A stretch of 32,106 bases of DNA from an uncultured Pseudactinotalea sp. GTDB lineage: Bacteria; Actinomycetota; Actinomycetes; Actinomycetales; Beutenbergiaceae. Made by a program: the position numbers and the translations under genes. Below, one piece after another: positions 1 through 8,785 of the stretch. Within the stretch, counting starts at the first letter, position 1. Every line of letters starts with the position of its first letter. The stretch is from NCBI GenBank assembly GCA_964450475.1, contig CAYVDF010000001.1, positions 1-32,106 of the forward strand, in the 5' to 3' direction. A model generated the notes under the pieces. The model did no database searches and had not been told where the DNA came from. It saw nothing but the letters and a program-made list of their open reading frames with translations.

Positions 1-262
1 GCTCGATCAGTCAATCGTCAGGAACGGAACATGGATCGATAATAGGTGCTAAACGATAATCCTGCTGGCGCAACTACCAGATACGGTCCGTCAGCGGAGC
101 TGATCTTATGCCTTCGATAGTCAATGCGGGGAGATCTCGACGCGCCTGCCCAACCCACAGACTTGGACAGCCAATGACCGTTGCCTGATACCGGCCCGGG
201 CAGGCCGTTACAACCGTGATGGCTGACCGTCGCGGCCCTGGCGGGTGACACGGGTCTGGACG

Positions 263-302
263 CCCTAAGGCCCCTGTCAGCGAACTGACAGGGGCCTTAG
301 GG
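263..302 (-). terminator. Perfect 18-bp hairpin immediately 3' of tmRNA (probable terminator or processing stem, no U-tract)
   Basis: ccctaaggcccctgtcag (263-280) / loop cgaa / ctgacaggggccttaggg (285-302) is an exact inverted repeat, separated by 1 nt from the tmRNA CCA end at 304. Confidence 0.6.
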
Positions 303-303
303 A

Positions 304-674
304 TGGTGGAGGTGGCGAGAATTGAACTCGCGTCCGACAGTGGTGGTCCAGGGCTTCTCCGGGCGCAGTACTGCTGCGCTTTTCTCGGCTCCAGCACTCT
401 CGCAGACAAGGTGCTGACGAGCCCAAGTTACCTAAAAGTCCCTACATCCCCGGTAACAAAGGATGTAAGCAGTGGCCCTCTAGATGACGCTAGACACCGA
501 GTCGAGAGCACTCTCGGGCTAACGGACTTGCGGTCGCTACTTAGGCAGCGAGGGCAAAGTCGGTGCGGTTAGATTTGGCACCTAATTGGTTGCAAAGAAT
601 CGTTTACGAGATGACTTTGCATCCTCGGCCCGCTTCTCCTGGATCGACGACTGCCGTCGAAACCGATCACCCCC
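304..674 (-). ncRNA. ssrA: tmRNA (transfer-messenger RNA)
   Basis: Minus strand begins GGGGGTGATCGGTTTCGAC and ends GGACGCGAGTTCAATTCTCGCCACCTCCACCA. The acceptor stem GGGGGTG/CACCTCC carries the G3-U alanine determinant. A T-arm (GTTCAATT) and an internal tag ORF are present, and the gene lies downstream of smpB. Confidence 0.98.
541..579 (-). other. tmRNA proteolysis tag reading frame (A)AKSNRTDFALAA*
   Basis: Minus strand GCC AAA TCT AAC CGC ACC GAC TTT GCC CTC GCT GCC TAA; ends in the typical ...ALAA degron. Confidence 0.92.
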
Positions 675-723
675 TATTGAGTTGTTACCGCGCGGCGTGC
701 ATGCACCCCATGCGGCACCACCC

Positions 724-729
724 AGTATA
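724..729 (-). promoter_or_regulatory. Putative -10 element (TATACT) of the ssrA promoter
   Basis: TANNNT hexamer about 50 nt upstream of the mature tmRNA 5' end, leaving room for an RNase P leader. No clear -35 element. Confidence 0.5.
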
Positions 730-792
730 CGAGTCAACGCCGACACGGCCGAATTTGTTCCCCGCCAGCGGACCTCAGGGCGCGAAGGCGGG

Positions 793-915
793 TCAGACGA
801 AGTTTGGCAGCACCGTCATGATGATGAGCGAGAGCCCCGCTACCACTGCTGTCACGGTTGCCACAATTCGGCGGCGGCGTTCCCGCCGGCGCCGTTCCTC
901 AGACCACCACTCCAC
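793..915 (-). CDS. Small single-pass membrane protein, 40 aa (MEWWSEERRRRERRRRIVATVTAVVAGLSLIIMTVLPNFV); not in the ORF track
   Basis: GTG at 915-913 lies 2 nt after the smpB TAG. An SD-like AGGGAG in the last smpB codons sits 5 nt upstream. An Arg-rich stretch is followed by a hydrophobic segment of about 20 aa; TGA at 795-793. Confidence 0.7.
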   Translation of the reverse strand: MEWWSEERRRRERRRRIVATVTAVVAGLSLIIMTVLPNFV

Positions 916-917
916 TG

Positions 918-1421
918 CTACTCCCTGTGCTGGCGCAGGCTCATCGCTCGCTGTGCTTCTCGGTCGTCCTGCTTTTCGCGCAGGGCCTGGCGTTTATCCC
1001 ACTCTTGTTTACCTTTACCGACGGCGATTTCCAGCTTCGCGCGTCCGTCAACAAAGTAGAGCTCGAGCGGCACGATCGTGTGGCCCTTCTCGCGCACTGC
1101 TTGGGCGAGTTTGGTGATCTCCGCTTTGTGGAGCAGGAGTTTACGTTTGCGGCGTGCGGAGTGGTTCGTCCACGACCCTTGCATGTATTCGGGGATGTGG
1201 GCGTTTTCTAGCCAGGCTTCGCCGCGGTCAATGTGGATCCACCCGTCAACGATGCTGGCGCGGCCCTCGCGCAGGCTTTTGACCTCGGTCCCCTGTAGAA
1301 CCAGGCCCGCCTCTATCGGGCGCTCCAGGTGGTAGTCATGGCGGGCACGACGATTTCGCGCAACGACCTTCTTTGCCTTCGGGTCGTCTTTCGCAGACTT
1401 CTTTCGTCCAGCCTTACTCAT
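918..1421 (-). CDS. smpB: SsrA-binding protein SmpB
   Basis: Motifs [42 protein letters not shown]; SD AAGGAG upstream; adjacent to ssrA. Confidence 0.98.
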   Translation of the reverse strand: MSKAGRKKSAKDDPKAKKVVARNRRARHDYHLERPIEAGLVLQGTEVKSLREGRASIVDGWIHIDRGEAWLENAHIPEYMQGSWTNHSARRKRKLLLHKAEITKLAQAVREKGHTIVPLELYFVDGRAKLEIAVGKGKQEWDKRQALREKQDDREAQRAMSLRQHRE

Positions 1422-1444
1422 TGTTCACTCCTTGTACCACCGCC

Positions 1445-1450
1445 ACTGTA
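1445..1450 (-). promoter_or_regulatory. Putative -10 element (TACAGT) for smpB
   Basis: TANNNT 23 nt upstream of the smpB ATG, in the short intergenic gap. Confidence 0.4.
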
Positions 1451-1475
1451 GAACAGGGCGGGGTCGTTTCGCGAA

Positions 1476-2870
1476 CTAGCGGAAGCCTGGCAGGCTCATC
1501 GGGTCGATCGTGCGACCGTTGCGCCACACTTCGAAGTGCACGTGGCAGCCGGTCACTCGACCGGTCGCGCCGGTGTACCCGATGGTCTGACCCTGCGCCA
1601 CCGTCTGGCCGCGGGATACGGCGAAGCGCGAGAGGTGGTTGTACACGGTGACGTAGGTGGCGCCGTTGATCGTGCCGTGGTTGATAAACACCTGGTTACC
1701 GTGGGTTCCATTGCCCGCAGCGGGGCGCACCGCCGTGACAGTTCCCGCACCCGAAGCGAACTGGCGCTCACCACAGGCCGAGCGTAGGTCAACGCCATTG
1801 TGCATATACCAACCGCCGGTGATCGGATAGACGCGGTATCCGTACGGTGAGGTCACGTAGAGCGCGCGCGAGATCGGAGGAATGAGCGCGGCCTTGCTTG
1901 GCTGAGACGCTGGCGGTTGGGGCTTGGGCGCTGGGATCGGCTTCGGAGCCGGGGTTGCCGGACGCGATGGCGTCGAGGGGGTGCGTTGGCTGCGGCTTGC
2001 TTGCTGCTCGCGCTTGCGCTCTTCCTCGGCTTGGATCTTCTTGATGTCCTCGGCGATCTTGGCGTCGCTCGACTGCAATTGGGCGAGGCGCGCCTTGCCG
2101 TCGTCGATTGCCTTTTCTAGGCGCGCTGCTTGACTTTGCTGGCGGCTTTCAAGGGTCTGGATCTGCCCGACGAGAACTTGGGCTTGGGCACGTTTTTCTT
2201 CAGCGATCGCTAGAAGCTCTTCGGCCTTCTCTTCAAGCTCGGTGATGCGCTCTTCGACCGCTTCAAGGCGGGCGTGGCGGTTTTCGTTGACGACGTTGCC
2301 ATCTCGCAGTTCGCCAAGAACCGTGCCCTGGTTACGAAGCGCGTTGTTCATGGCCGAGTAGGAATCAGCAAACTCCTGCAAAGAGCCGGCGTTGAACACC
2401 ACCGATAGCGATGTCATGTTTCCGTTACCTCGGTATGCGGCGCGAGCGATGTCACCCATCGCGGCAGATGCCCGCTTCATCTCTTCTTGGTCTCGGGCCA
2501 TCGAGTCAGACAGGTCTTGCTTTTCTTTCCTAGCGTGCTCGAGGCGCTCGCGCACAGCCTGCAGTTCGCGATCCGCAGCTGCAGCCTCAGCTTGACGCAA
2601 GCCGAGTTCGGTGTGCGCCTCGGCGAGCTGCCGGCGAGTGGCATCGAGGTCGAGGTAGACCTGCGCTAACTCAGCATCGGTGCCTTCGAGTGATGCCTCC
2701 ACTTGTTCGCGCTCGGCACGATTCTGCGCGCGCTGATCTTCGAGATCCTTGACCGTTGTCGCTTCGGCGTGCGGCGCCGTGGGAAGCACGAGACTGCCGA
2801 ACATGAGCACACCACTGAGCGCCCCGGCAAGGGCTAGCGTCAGGGTCCGTCGTCCTTTAGCCATCATCAT
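1476..2870 (-). CDS. Secreted coiled-coil M23 (LytM) peptidoglycan endopeptidase, probable FtsEX partner
   Basis: Signal peptide, long coiled coil, Pro-rich linker and C-terminal M23 domain with HNGVD (HxxxD) and HVH (HxH) zinc ligands. Start overlaps the ftsX stop (TGATG). Confidence 0.92.
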   Translation of the reverse strand: MMMAKGRRTLTLALAGALSGVLMFGSLVLPTAPHAEATTVKDLEDQRAQNRAEREQVEASLEGTDAELAQVYLDLDATRRQLAEAHTELGLRQAEAAAADRELQAVRERLEHARKEKQDLSDSMARDQEEMKRASAAMGDIARAAYRGNGNMTSLSVVFNAGSLQEFADSYSAMNNALRNQGTVLGELRDGNVVNENRHARLEAVEERITELEEKAEELLAIAEEKRAQAQVLVGQIQTLESRQQSQAARLEKAIDDGKARLAQLQSSDAKIAEDIKKIQAEEERKREQQASRSQRTPSTPSRPATPAPKPIPAPKPQPPASQPSKAALIPPISRALYVTSPYGYRVYPITGGWYMHNGVDLRSACGERQFASGAGTVTAVRPAAGNGTHGNQVFINHGTINGATYVTVYNHLSRFAVSRGQTVAQGQTIGYTGATGRVTGCHVHFEVWRNGRTIDPMSLPGFR

Positions 2871-3781
2871 CAGACCTTAGTGTACCTAGACAAACTTACT
2901 AGTGAGGAGAAACCAGCCAAAAGTATGGCCGCGAGGATGAGGATCGGGCTGATTGCCCACACGTCCGTCGTCGAGACGGCGTTGACCCACGCGAGTGAGT
3001 CGCCGATCCAGCCGCTGACGTAACTCACCGCTCCCCACAGCCCCGCGACCGCTAATCCTGCCCCAAGGAGTGCGGCGATCGCCCCCTCGAGCATGAACGG
3101 CAGTTGGATGAACAGGTTCGAGGCGCCCACCAGGCGCATGATCGACACTTCCCGCTCACGGCTCATAGCCGACAACCGGATCGTCGTCGTGATGAGCAGC
3201 GCCGCGGCAATTGTCATCGTCACCGCGATCGCGACGGAAGCAACCGTGGCGCGGTTGAGTACGAGGAAGAGTGGTTCGAGTAGTTGACGGCGGTCCATCA
3301 CTTCTTGCACACCGCTTCGCCCCGTGAGTTCCTCAACGAGGATTTCGTATTCCTCAGGGTTCACGAGTTTGACTCGGTAGGAGTACTGCATCTGGTCGAC
3401 GGTGATCGCCTGGGCCCAGTCCTCATCCCCGAACTGCTTGTTGAAGTTTTCGAAGGCCTCTTCCTTCGTTTCGAGGTACACGGTGTCGACGAACGCGCTC
3501 AGCGCTTCGGACTCGAGAATTCCGCGGACTTCATCCAACTGTTCCTGCGTGGCTTCCCCACCAGCGCAAGAGGGTTGGAGTGAGTCAGAGGGGCACATGA
3601 AGACGGAGATTTCCACCTTGTCGTACCAGTCATCCTTGAGCTTGCTGATCTGCACTTGAAGCAGAATCGCCGCGCCCACGAACGTCAGCGACACAAAGGT
3701 CACGAGCACAACAGAGATCGCCATCGCGAGGTTGGACCGCAGCCCCTGGGCGATCTGAGAAAGAATAAACCGCGCTCTCAT
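2870..3781 (-). CDS. ftsX: Cell division permease FtsX
   Basis: N-terminal TM, extracellular domain, then TTIRLSAMSREREVSIMRLVGASNLFIQLPFMLEG; ATGA overlap with ftsE. Confidence 0.96.
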   Translation of the reverse strand: MRARFILSQIAQGLRSNLAMAISVVLVTFVSLTFVGAAILLQVQISKLKDDWYDKVEISVFMCPSDSLQPSCAGGEATQEQLDEVRGILESEALSAFVDTVYLETKEEAFENFNKQFGDEDWAQAITVDQMQYSYRVKLVNPEEYEILVEELTGRSGVQEVMDRRQLLEPLFLVLNRATVASVAIAVTMTIAAALLITTTIRLSAMSREREVSIMRLVGASNLFIQLPFMLEGAIAALLGAGLAVAGLWGAVSYVSGWIGDSLAWVNAVSTTDVWAISPILILAAILLAGFSSLVSLSRYTKV

Positions 3782-4467
3782 CGGTTGCCCCCGTACACCC
3801 CGCGGGCTTGGTCGCGGATAATCTTGCCGGCATCGAGTTCGATGACGCGCTTACGCATCTGGTTGACCACCTCGTCATCGTGAGTGGCCATCACGACGGT
3901 CGTACCTTGCCTGTTGATTCGGTCAAGGAGGCGCATGATCCCAACAGACGTGGAGGGGTCGAGGTTTCCGGTTGGCTCATCTGCGAGCAGGATTGCTGGC
4001 CGGCCGGACATCGCGCGGGCGATAGCCACCCGCTGCTGCTCACCCCCAGAGAGCTCATGGGGCAGGCGCTTTTCCTTACCTTCGAGGCCAACCATCTCGA
4101 TCATTTCGGGCACGGTCGTCATGATGTGGTGCCGCGGCTTTCCGATCACTTGAAGCGCGATCGCGACGTTGTCGAACACGTTCTTTTTTGGCAGGAGCCG
4201 GAAATCTTGGAAAACGGTGCCGATGTTGCGGCGCAGGTGCGGCACGCGCCAGCGGCTCACCTTCGTCAGGTCGCGCCCGCCAACGAACACGCGCCCCTTG
4301 GTGGGGCGCTCTTCGCGGAGTACGAGGCGCAGTAGAGTGGATTTTCCAGACCCCGATTGGCCCACGAGGAACACAAATTCTTCGCGCTCAATATCGAGGC
4401 TGACGTTGTCCAAGGCAGGTCTAGCGCCGCGCAAGTAGACCTTGGAAACATTTTCAAAACGAATCAC
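3778..4467 (-). CDS. ftsE: Cell division ATP-binding protein FtsE (229 aa)
   Basis: Start reassigned to GTG at 4467 (MIRFENVSKVY). Walker A GQSGSGKST, VFQDFRLL, LSGGEQQRV, LADEPTGNLD. Confidence 0.96.
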   Translation of the reverse strand: MIRFENVSKVYLRGARPALDNVSLDIEREEFVFLVGQSGSGKSTLLRLVLREERPTKGRVFVGGRDLTKVSRWRVPHLRRNIGTVFQDFRLLPKKNVFDNVAIALQVIGKPRHHIMTTVPEMIEMVGLEGKEKRLPHELSGGEQQRVAIARAMSGRPAILLADEPTGNLDPSTSVGIMRLLDRINRQGTTVVMATHDDEVVNQMRKRVIELDAGKIIRDQARGVYGGNR

Positions 4468-4599
4468 GATGTATACCAGCCGGTCTCGGAAGTGTTGGGG
4501 GAAGATCAATCACCCGGCCTCATTTAGCGTAAATTGCTAATTCGCACCGGTCGTGCAGACACGCCGAAGCAGGAGATCCCCGCCTGTTACTCGGTGAGC

Positions 4600-5712
4600 T
4601 TAGGCGTCAGCGGTCTCGGCTTCCTTGCGCCAACGAATCCCGGCCTCGATGAAGCCGTCGATCTCGCCGTCCAACACGGCTGCTGTGTTGCCCGATTCGA
4701 ACTCGGTGCGCAAATCCTTGACCATTTGGTACGGCTGCATCACGTAGGAGCGAATCTGGTCACCCCACGAGGCCTTGATGTCGCCGGCGAGTTCCCTCTT
4801 CTGCGCGTCCTCTTCCTCCTGGCGGAGCAGGAGCAGTCGAGATTGCAGCACGCGCAGCGCCGCGGCCCGGTTTTGGATCTGCGATTTCTCATCCTGCATC
4901 GATACGACGATGCCAGTTGGGATGTGGGTCATGCGCACGGCTGAGTCCGTCGTATTTACAGACTGCCCACCGGGGCCTGAGGAGCGGAACACATCGACCT
5001 TGATTTCCGATTCGGGGATGTCGATGTGGTCGGTCTTTTCGATGAGGGGAATGACCTCGACCGCAGCGAACGAGGTGTGCCGGCGGCCTTGGTTATCGAA
5101 TGGAGAAATACGCACGAGGCGGTGCGTGCCGCCCTCAACGGAGAGCGTGCCGTACGCGTATGGGGCGTTGACCTCGAACGTCACCGACTTCAGGCCCGCC
5201 TCCTCCGCATAGGAAGTGTCGAGCACCTTCGTCGGGTAGCCCCGGCGCTCAGCCCACCGCAGGTACATGCGCATGAGCATCTCCGCGAAGTCCGCGGCAT
5301 CCACACCGCCGGCTCCTGCACGGATCGTGATGACGGCGTCGCGCTGGTCGAAGTCTCCCGACAGTAGCGTGCGAATCTCAAGCTCCGAAAGGCTCTGCCT
5401 GATTCGCTCTAGTTCCTGGCCCGCTTCAGCCAACGTTTCTGGATCGTCCTCCTCCTCGGCCATCTCCACGAGGGTCTCCAGATCGTCGATCGACTCTTCC
5501 AGGTCGGTCAGCCGCTTGAGCTCCGCCTGGGTTTGCGACAGCGCCGAGGTGATCTGCTGGGCGTTGTCTGGATCGTCCCACAAATCAGGTGCGGATGCCT
5601 GCTCAGATAGCTCGGCGATCCGTTCTTGGAGTCGCTCAGGGTGGGTAACAGCTGCAATAGAGGCGTGCTTGTGCCGCAGCGCCTCAAGTTCGTGAGGAAA
5701 GTCAATGACCAC
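4600..5712 (-). CDS. prfB: Peptide chain release factor 2
   Basis: SPF stop-recognition tripeptide (RISPFD) and GGQ motif ([10 protein letters not shown]); a single uninterrupted ORF. Confidence 0.98.
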   Translation of the reverse strand: MVIDFPHELEALRHKHASIAAVTHPERLQERIAELSEQASAPDLWDDPDNAQQITSALSQTQAELKRLTDLEESIDDLETLVEMAEEEDDPETLAEAGQELERIRQSLSELEIRTLLSGDFDQRDAVITIRAGAGGVDAADFAEMLMRMYLRWAERRGYPTKVLDTSYAEEAGLKSVTFEVNAPYAYGTLSVEGGTHRLVRISPFDNQGRRHTSFAAVEVIPLIEKTDHIDIPESEIKVDVFRSSGPGGQSVNTTDSAVRMTHIPTGIVVSMQDEKSQIQNRAAALRVLQSRLLLLRQEEEDAQKRELAGDIKASWGDQIRSYVMQPYQMVKDLRTEFESGNTAAVLDGEIDGFIEAGIRWRKEAETADA

Positions 5713-5719
5713 GTCTAAA

Positions 5720-5725
5720 ACTCTA
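5720..5725 (-). promoter_or_regulatory. Putative -10 element (TAGAGT) of a leaderless prfB transcript
   Basis: TAGAGT-N7-GTG, with no SD sequence. Confidence 0.55.
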
Positions 5726-5771
5726 CCCCGTCACGCCGCGCGACAATTTCGCGCCTAGCGAGGCCTTACGC

Positions 5772-7259
5772 CTATTTGCGTAGCCGGCGCGCGAGGAGAT
5801 TGGTGTAGGAGCGCATGTGCTTGGCCCAGTCCACGTTGATTCCCGGCGGGTTCACGAGCTGGGTTATTGAGAACGGCAAGCTCGATTCGGTGACGTTACG
5901 CATGTGCGAGAACTCATCGAATCCGTACTTCCCGTGGTAGCGGCCCAGCCCAGAGGTTCCCACCCCACCGAAAGGCGCGAACGGGACCGCGTTCGTTAAG
6001 CCCCAATCGTTGCGCGCTACCCCTCCCGACCTCGTGCTGGCCACGAATTTCTTGAAGTCGTCATCAGAAGGCCCGTACCACGTGGCCACGAGCGGAGCCG
6101 AGCGTGCATTGAGCTTGGCGATGACGTCATCAAGGTTGTCGTATTCGTAGATGACCAGGACGGGGCCGAAGATTTCCTCGTGCGCGATGTGCATGTCGTC
6201 GGTCACGTCATGGACGATCGTTGGTAGGAAGATCCGCTTCGCAGCGAGCGACTGCGCCGTCGCCTCGTTCGTCTGCACGCCGGAGAACACCTGGGCGCCT
6301 TTTGCGGCGGCGTCGTTAACGAGATCCACCACCCGCTCATACGCGCCGTCATCAACCATCGACGTGTACTGGTTCGTGGCGAGCATTTCGGGCAGCGTTT
6401 GCGCCCACGCGTTGAAGATCTCTTGCACGAACTCCCGCTCGGTGGACCTTGGAATATAGACCTCGTCTGGGTTGAGGCACACCTGGCCGGCGTTGATTAT
6501 GCGGGAGACGGCGATGCGTTGCGCCGCTCGGCGCAGTTTCGCGCGGTCGTTCGTGACCTTCTCCGACACCACGACAGGGTTCTTGCCTCCGAGTTCGAGG
6601 GTGACGGGGGTGAGGTTCTTTGCGGCAGCCTCCATGATTTTCGAGCCGACCTGCGGCGAGCCGGTGAAGAACAGGTGGTCGAACTTCAGGCTAGAGAACT
6701 CGACCGAGGCGTCCACTCCCCCGGTCACCGCGGCGACCTCGTCAACATCGAACGCGTCATGCCACGCGTTGGCGAGGATTTCTGAGGTGGCCGGGAGCTT
6801 TTCTGGGAGCTTGATCATCACCCGGTTGCCGGCCGCGAGCGCGGTGAGCGCCGGCAGCGCCGAGAGGTTGATCGGAAAATTCCAAATCCCCATGACCCCA
6901 ACAACGCCCTTCGGGCTGGGGAACACCCGGGAGCGCAGGCCCGCGGCCCGCATGGCGCGCCCAAGCACTGGTCCGGCCGGGTAGTACGGCTTCATCCACG
7001 ACCCGACGGCCAGGCGCATCATCTCGGCCTCTTGGGCGAGGGTGACGATGTCGGTCACGAGCGTCGTTGTGACGGCGCGCCTGCCAAAGTCATCGGAAAT
7101 CGCCTCGACGAGGGCGCCGGTGTTTGACACCACCGCGTGGGTGAATCGGTCAATCCGGTCGCGGCGGACTGCGGCGGATGGGGTTCCTTCCCTGAGGAAG
7201 GCGTCGCGTTGCAGTCGCAGGACATCCGACATAGGGGTCGAGGTGGTGGTGGCGCTCAT
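5772..7259 (-). CDS. Aldehyde dehydrogenase (coniferyl-aldehyde dehydrogenase / ALDH3-like)
   Basis: WNFP, FFTGSPQVG, TLELGGKNP (Glu), NAGQVC (catalytic Cys), EEIFGP, PFGGVGTSGLGRYHG. Start reassigned to ATG at 7259 (CACAGT-N6-ATG). Confidence 0.9.
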   Translation of the reverse strand: MSATTTSTPMSDVLRLQRDAFLREGTPSAAVRRDRIDRFTHAVVSNTGALVEAISDDFGRRAVTTTLVTDIVTLAQEAEMMRLAVGSWMKPYYPAGPVLGRAMRAAGLRSRVFPSPKGVVGVMGIWNFPINLSALPALTALAAGNRVMIKLPEKLPATSEILANAWHDAFDVDEVAAVTGGVDASVEFSSLKFDHLFFTGSPQVGSKIMEAAAKNLTPVTLELGGKNPVVVSEKVTNDRAKLRRAAQRIAVSRIINAGQVCLNPDEVYIPRSTEREFVQEIFNAWAQTLPEMLATNQYTSMVDDGAYERVVDLVNDAAAKGAQVFSGVQTNEATAQSLAAKRIFLPTIVHDVTDDMHIAHEEIFGPVLVIYEYDNLDDVIAKLNARSAPLVATWYGPSDDDFKKFVASTRSGGVARNDWGLTNAVPFAPFGGVGTSGLGRYHGKYGFDEFSHMRNVTESSLPFSITQLVNPPGINVDWAKHMRSYTNLLARRLRK

Positions 7260-7334
7260 ATGTCCACTGTGCACCGAACGATGCGATTTCGCCACTCGTT
7301 TCACGCGGAGAGTTACCCCGGGAGGCGGATTACA

Positions 7335-8657
7335 TTAGGCAGCGAGCGACGCGGCGTCCTCACGCGCGGGCGAGGAACCCTCGATCGAGGACCCCTCGGG
7401 CTTGTTTGAAGTCCACCCACCTCGGCGATACACACCCGCCCCGGCAAGCACGATGACGGCGAGGATCACCGACGCGAGAATAACCCCCGCCATGGCAAAG
7501 GCGTCGCCTCCGAGCGCGCCCACCGCAGGTGCGACGAGTCCCGCCGTCCCAGCCTGCACCGCCCCGATGAGGGCAGCGGCGGCGCCGGCGCGTTCCCCGT
7601 GGCGGGTGAGCGCGAGCGCGGAGGCATTCGGCGGGATGAACGCGTTAGCCGTCATTAGCAAAAAGAGCGGAATAAGGAGGCCGAGAAGCCCGCCAAAGCC
7701 GGTCCACGCCGTCACAAAGAGCGCGAACGAAAAGAACGCGGCGGCCGGCGCGGCAAGGCGCATGATCCGCACCGGGGCGAAGCGCTTGACGAGCGCGGCG
7801 TTGACTTGGGCGGCGACGACAAGGCCGATGCCGTTGACCGCGAACAGGAGGGAGACTTGCCCGGTGGTGAGGTTGAAGTCTTCGCGGAGCACGAAGGGCG
7901 AGCCGGCGACGTAGGCGAACAGTGCGGCCATGGTCAGGCCGGGCAGGAGGGCGTAGGCGAGGAAGCGGCGGTCGCGTAGGAGCACGCCGTAGGAGCCAAT
8001 GATGTCGCGGCTGGAGGTGCTGCGGCGTTCCGCGGGCAGGGTTTCGGGCAGGAAGCGCCACGTGATGAGGAGCAAGCCAAGACCCATGGCGCCGAGCGCG
8101 ATGAACACGGCGCGCCAGCTCCACAGGTGCGCGAGCGCGGCACCGACGGTTGGGGCGAGCAGCGGCGCAAGGCCGATGACGAGCATGAGGCGCGACAACA
8201 GACTGGAGGCTTCGGCGCCGCTCATGCGATCGCGGATGACCGCGATTGCAACGACCCCGGCGGCGGCGTTGCCAACGCCCTGGAACATGCGCAGTACGAA
8301 CAGCGTGCCGACCGTCAGGGCAAACGCTGCGCCGAGGGAGGCGAGCACGTGCACGATGAGGCCGATGAATACCGGTGCGCGGCGCCCGTAGCGGTCAGAG
8401 AGGGGTCCGATGAAGAGTTGCCCGATCGCTCCCCCGATCAGCGTGCCGGCGATCGTGAACTGGGCCTGCGACATCCCTGTGTTGAGTTCGGATGCGACCT
8501 CGGGAAGGGAGGGCAGGTACATGTCGGTGGTCATCGCGGCCAGGGCGGTCATCGAACCGAGGAGGAGGACCCACTTGATCGTGGAGATGCGCTGCGCGCG
8601 GATGGAGGCGCGGGAGGAGTGAGTTGTGGTGTCGGGTTGCGTGCGGGGTTGTCTCAT
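7335..8657 (-). CDS. Bcr/CflA (DHA1) family multidrug MFS transporter
   Basis: TDMYLPSLP, motif A GPLSDRYGRR, APLLAPTVG, LPETLP; about 12 hydrophobic segments. Confidence 0.93.
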   Translation of the reverse strand: MRQPRTQPDTTTHSSRASIRAQRISTIKWVLLLGSMTALAAMTTDMYLPSLPEVASELNTGMSQAQFTIAGTLIGGAIGQLFIGPLSDRYGRRAPVFIGLIVHVLASLGAAFALTVGTLFVLRMFQGVGNAAAGVVAIAVIRDRMSGAEASSLLSRLMLVIGLAPLLAPTVGAALAHLWSWRAVFIALGAMGLGLLLITWRFLPETLPAERRSTSSRDIIGSYGVLLRDRRFLAYALLPGLTMAALFAYVAGSPFVLREDFNLTTGQVSLLFAVNGIGLVVAAQVNAALVKRFAPVRIMRLAAPAAAFFSFALFVTAWTGFGGLLGLLIPLFLLMTANAFIPPNASALALTRHGERAGAAAALIGAVQAGTAGLVAPAVGALGGDAFAMAGVILASVILAVIVLAGAGVYRRGGWTSNKPEGSSIEGSSPAREDAASLAA

Positions 8658-8679
8658 CGAGTGTGTATCACCAGAAATT

Positions 8680-8691
8680 CGAAACGTTTCG
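8680..8691. promoter_or_regulatory. Perfect 12-bp palindrome CGAAACGTTTCG, candidate repressor operator upstream of the MFS gene
   Basis: Lies 22 nt upstream of the MFS ATG, with flanking ccag (8671-8674) and ctgg (8697-8700). The central AAACGTTT resembles LacI/GalR-type operators. Confidence 0.5.
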
Positions 8692-8785
8692 TTTTACTGG
8701 TTGATCGTGCCACATCGGGAGGCGAAACGGAATCGTTGAAAGTGAAACTTGTGCGCGACATCTCACCGGCTTGCGCGCTCTTTGC

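Noticed and set aside
304-340. tRNA-like 3' end (T-arm plus CCA) as an independent tRNA gene
   Set aside because: It pairs with the 5' end at 668-674 and encloses a tag ORF, so it is the tRNA-like domain of tmRNA.
18-1211. ORF-track frames overlapping ssrA and smpB (e.g. 563..1117 +, 586..1059 +, 74..409 -)
   Set aside because: They are antisense to or overlap well-supported genes, have no recognisable motifs, and are typical shadow ORFs of high-GC DNA.
4600-5712. Programmed +1 frameshift in prfB
   Set aside because: The ORF is continuous with no internal stop; absence of the frameshift is normal for actinobacteria.
8679-8692. LexA (SOS) box upstream of the MFS gene or the SRAP gene
   Set aside because: The palindrome CGAAACGTTTCG does not fit GAAC-N4-GTTC, and I saw no such box in 13123-13211.
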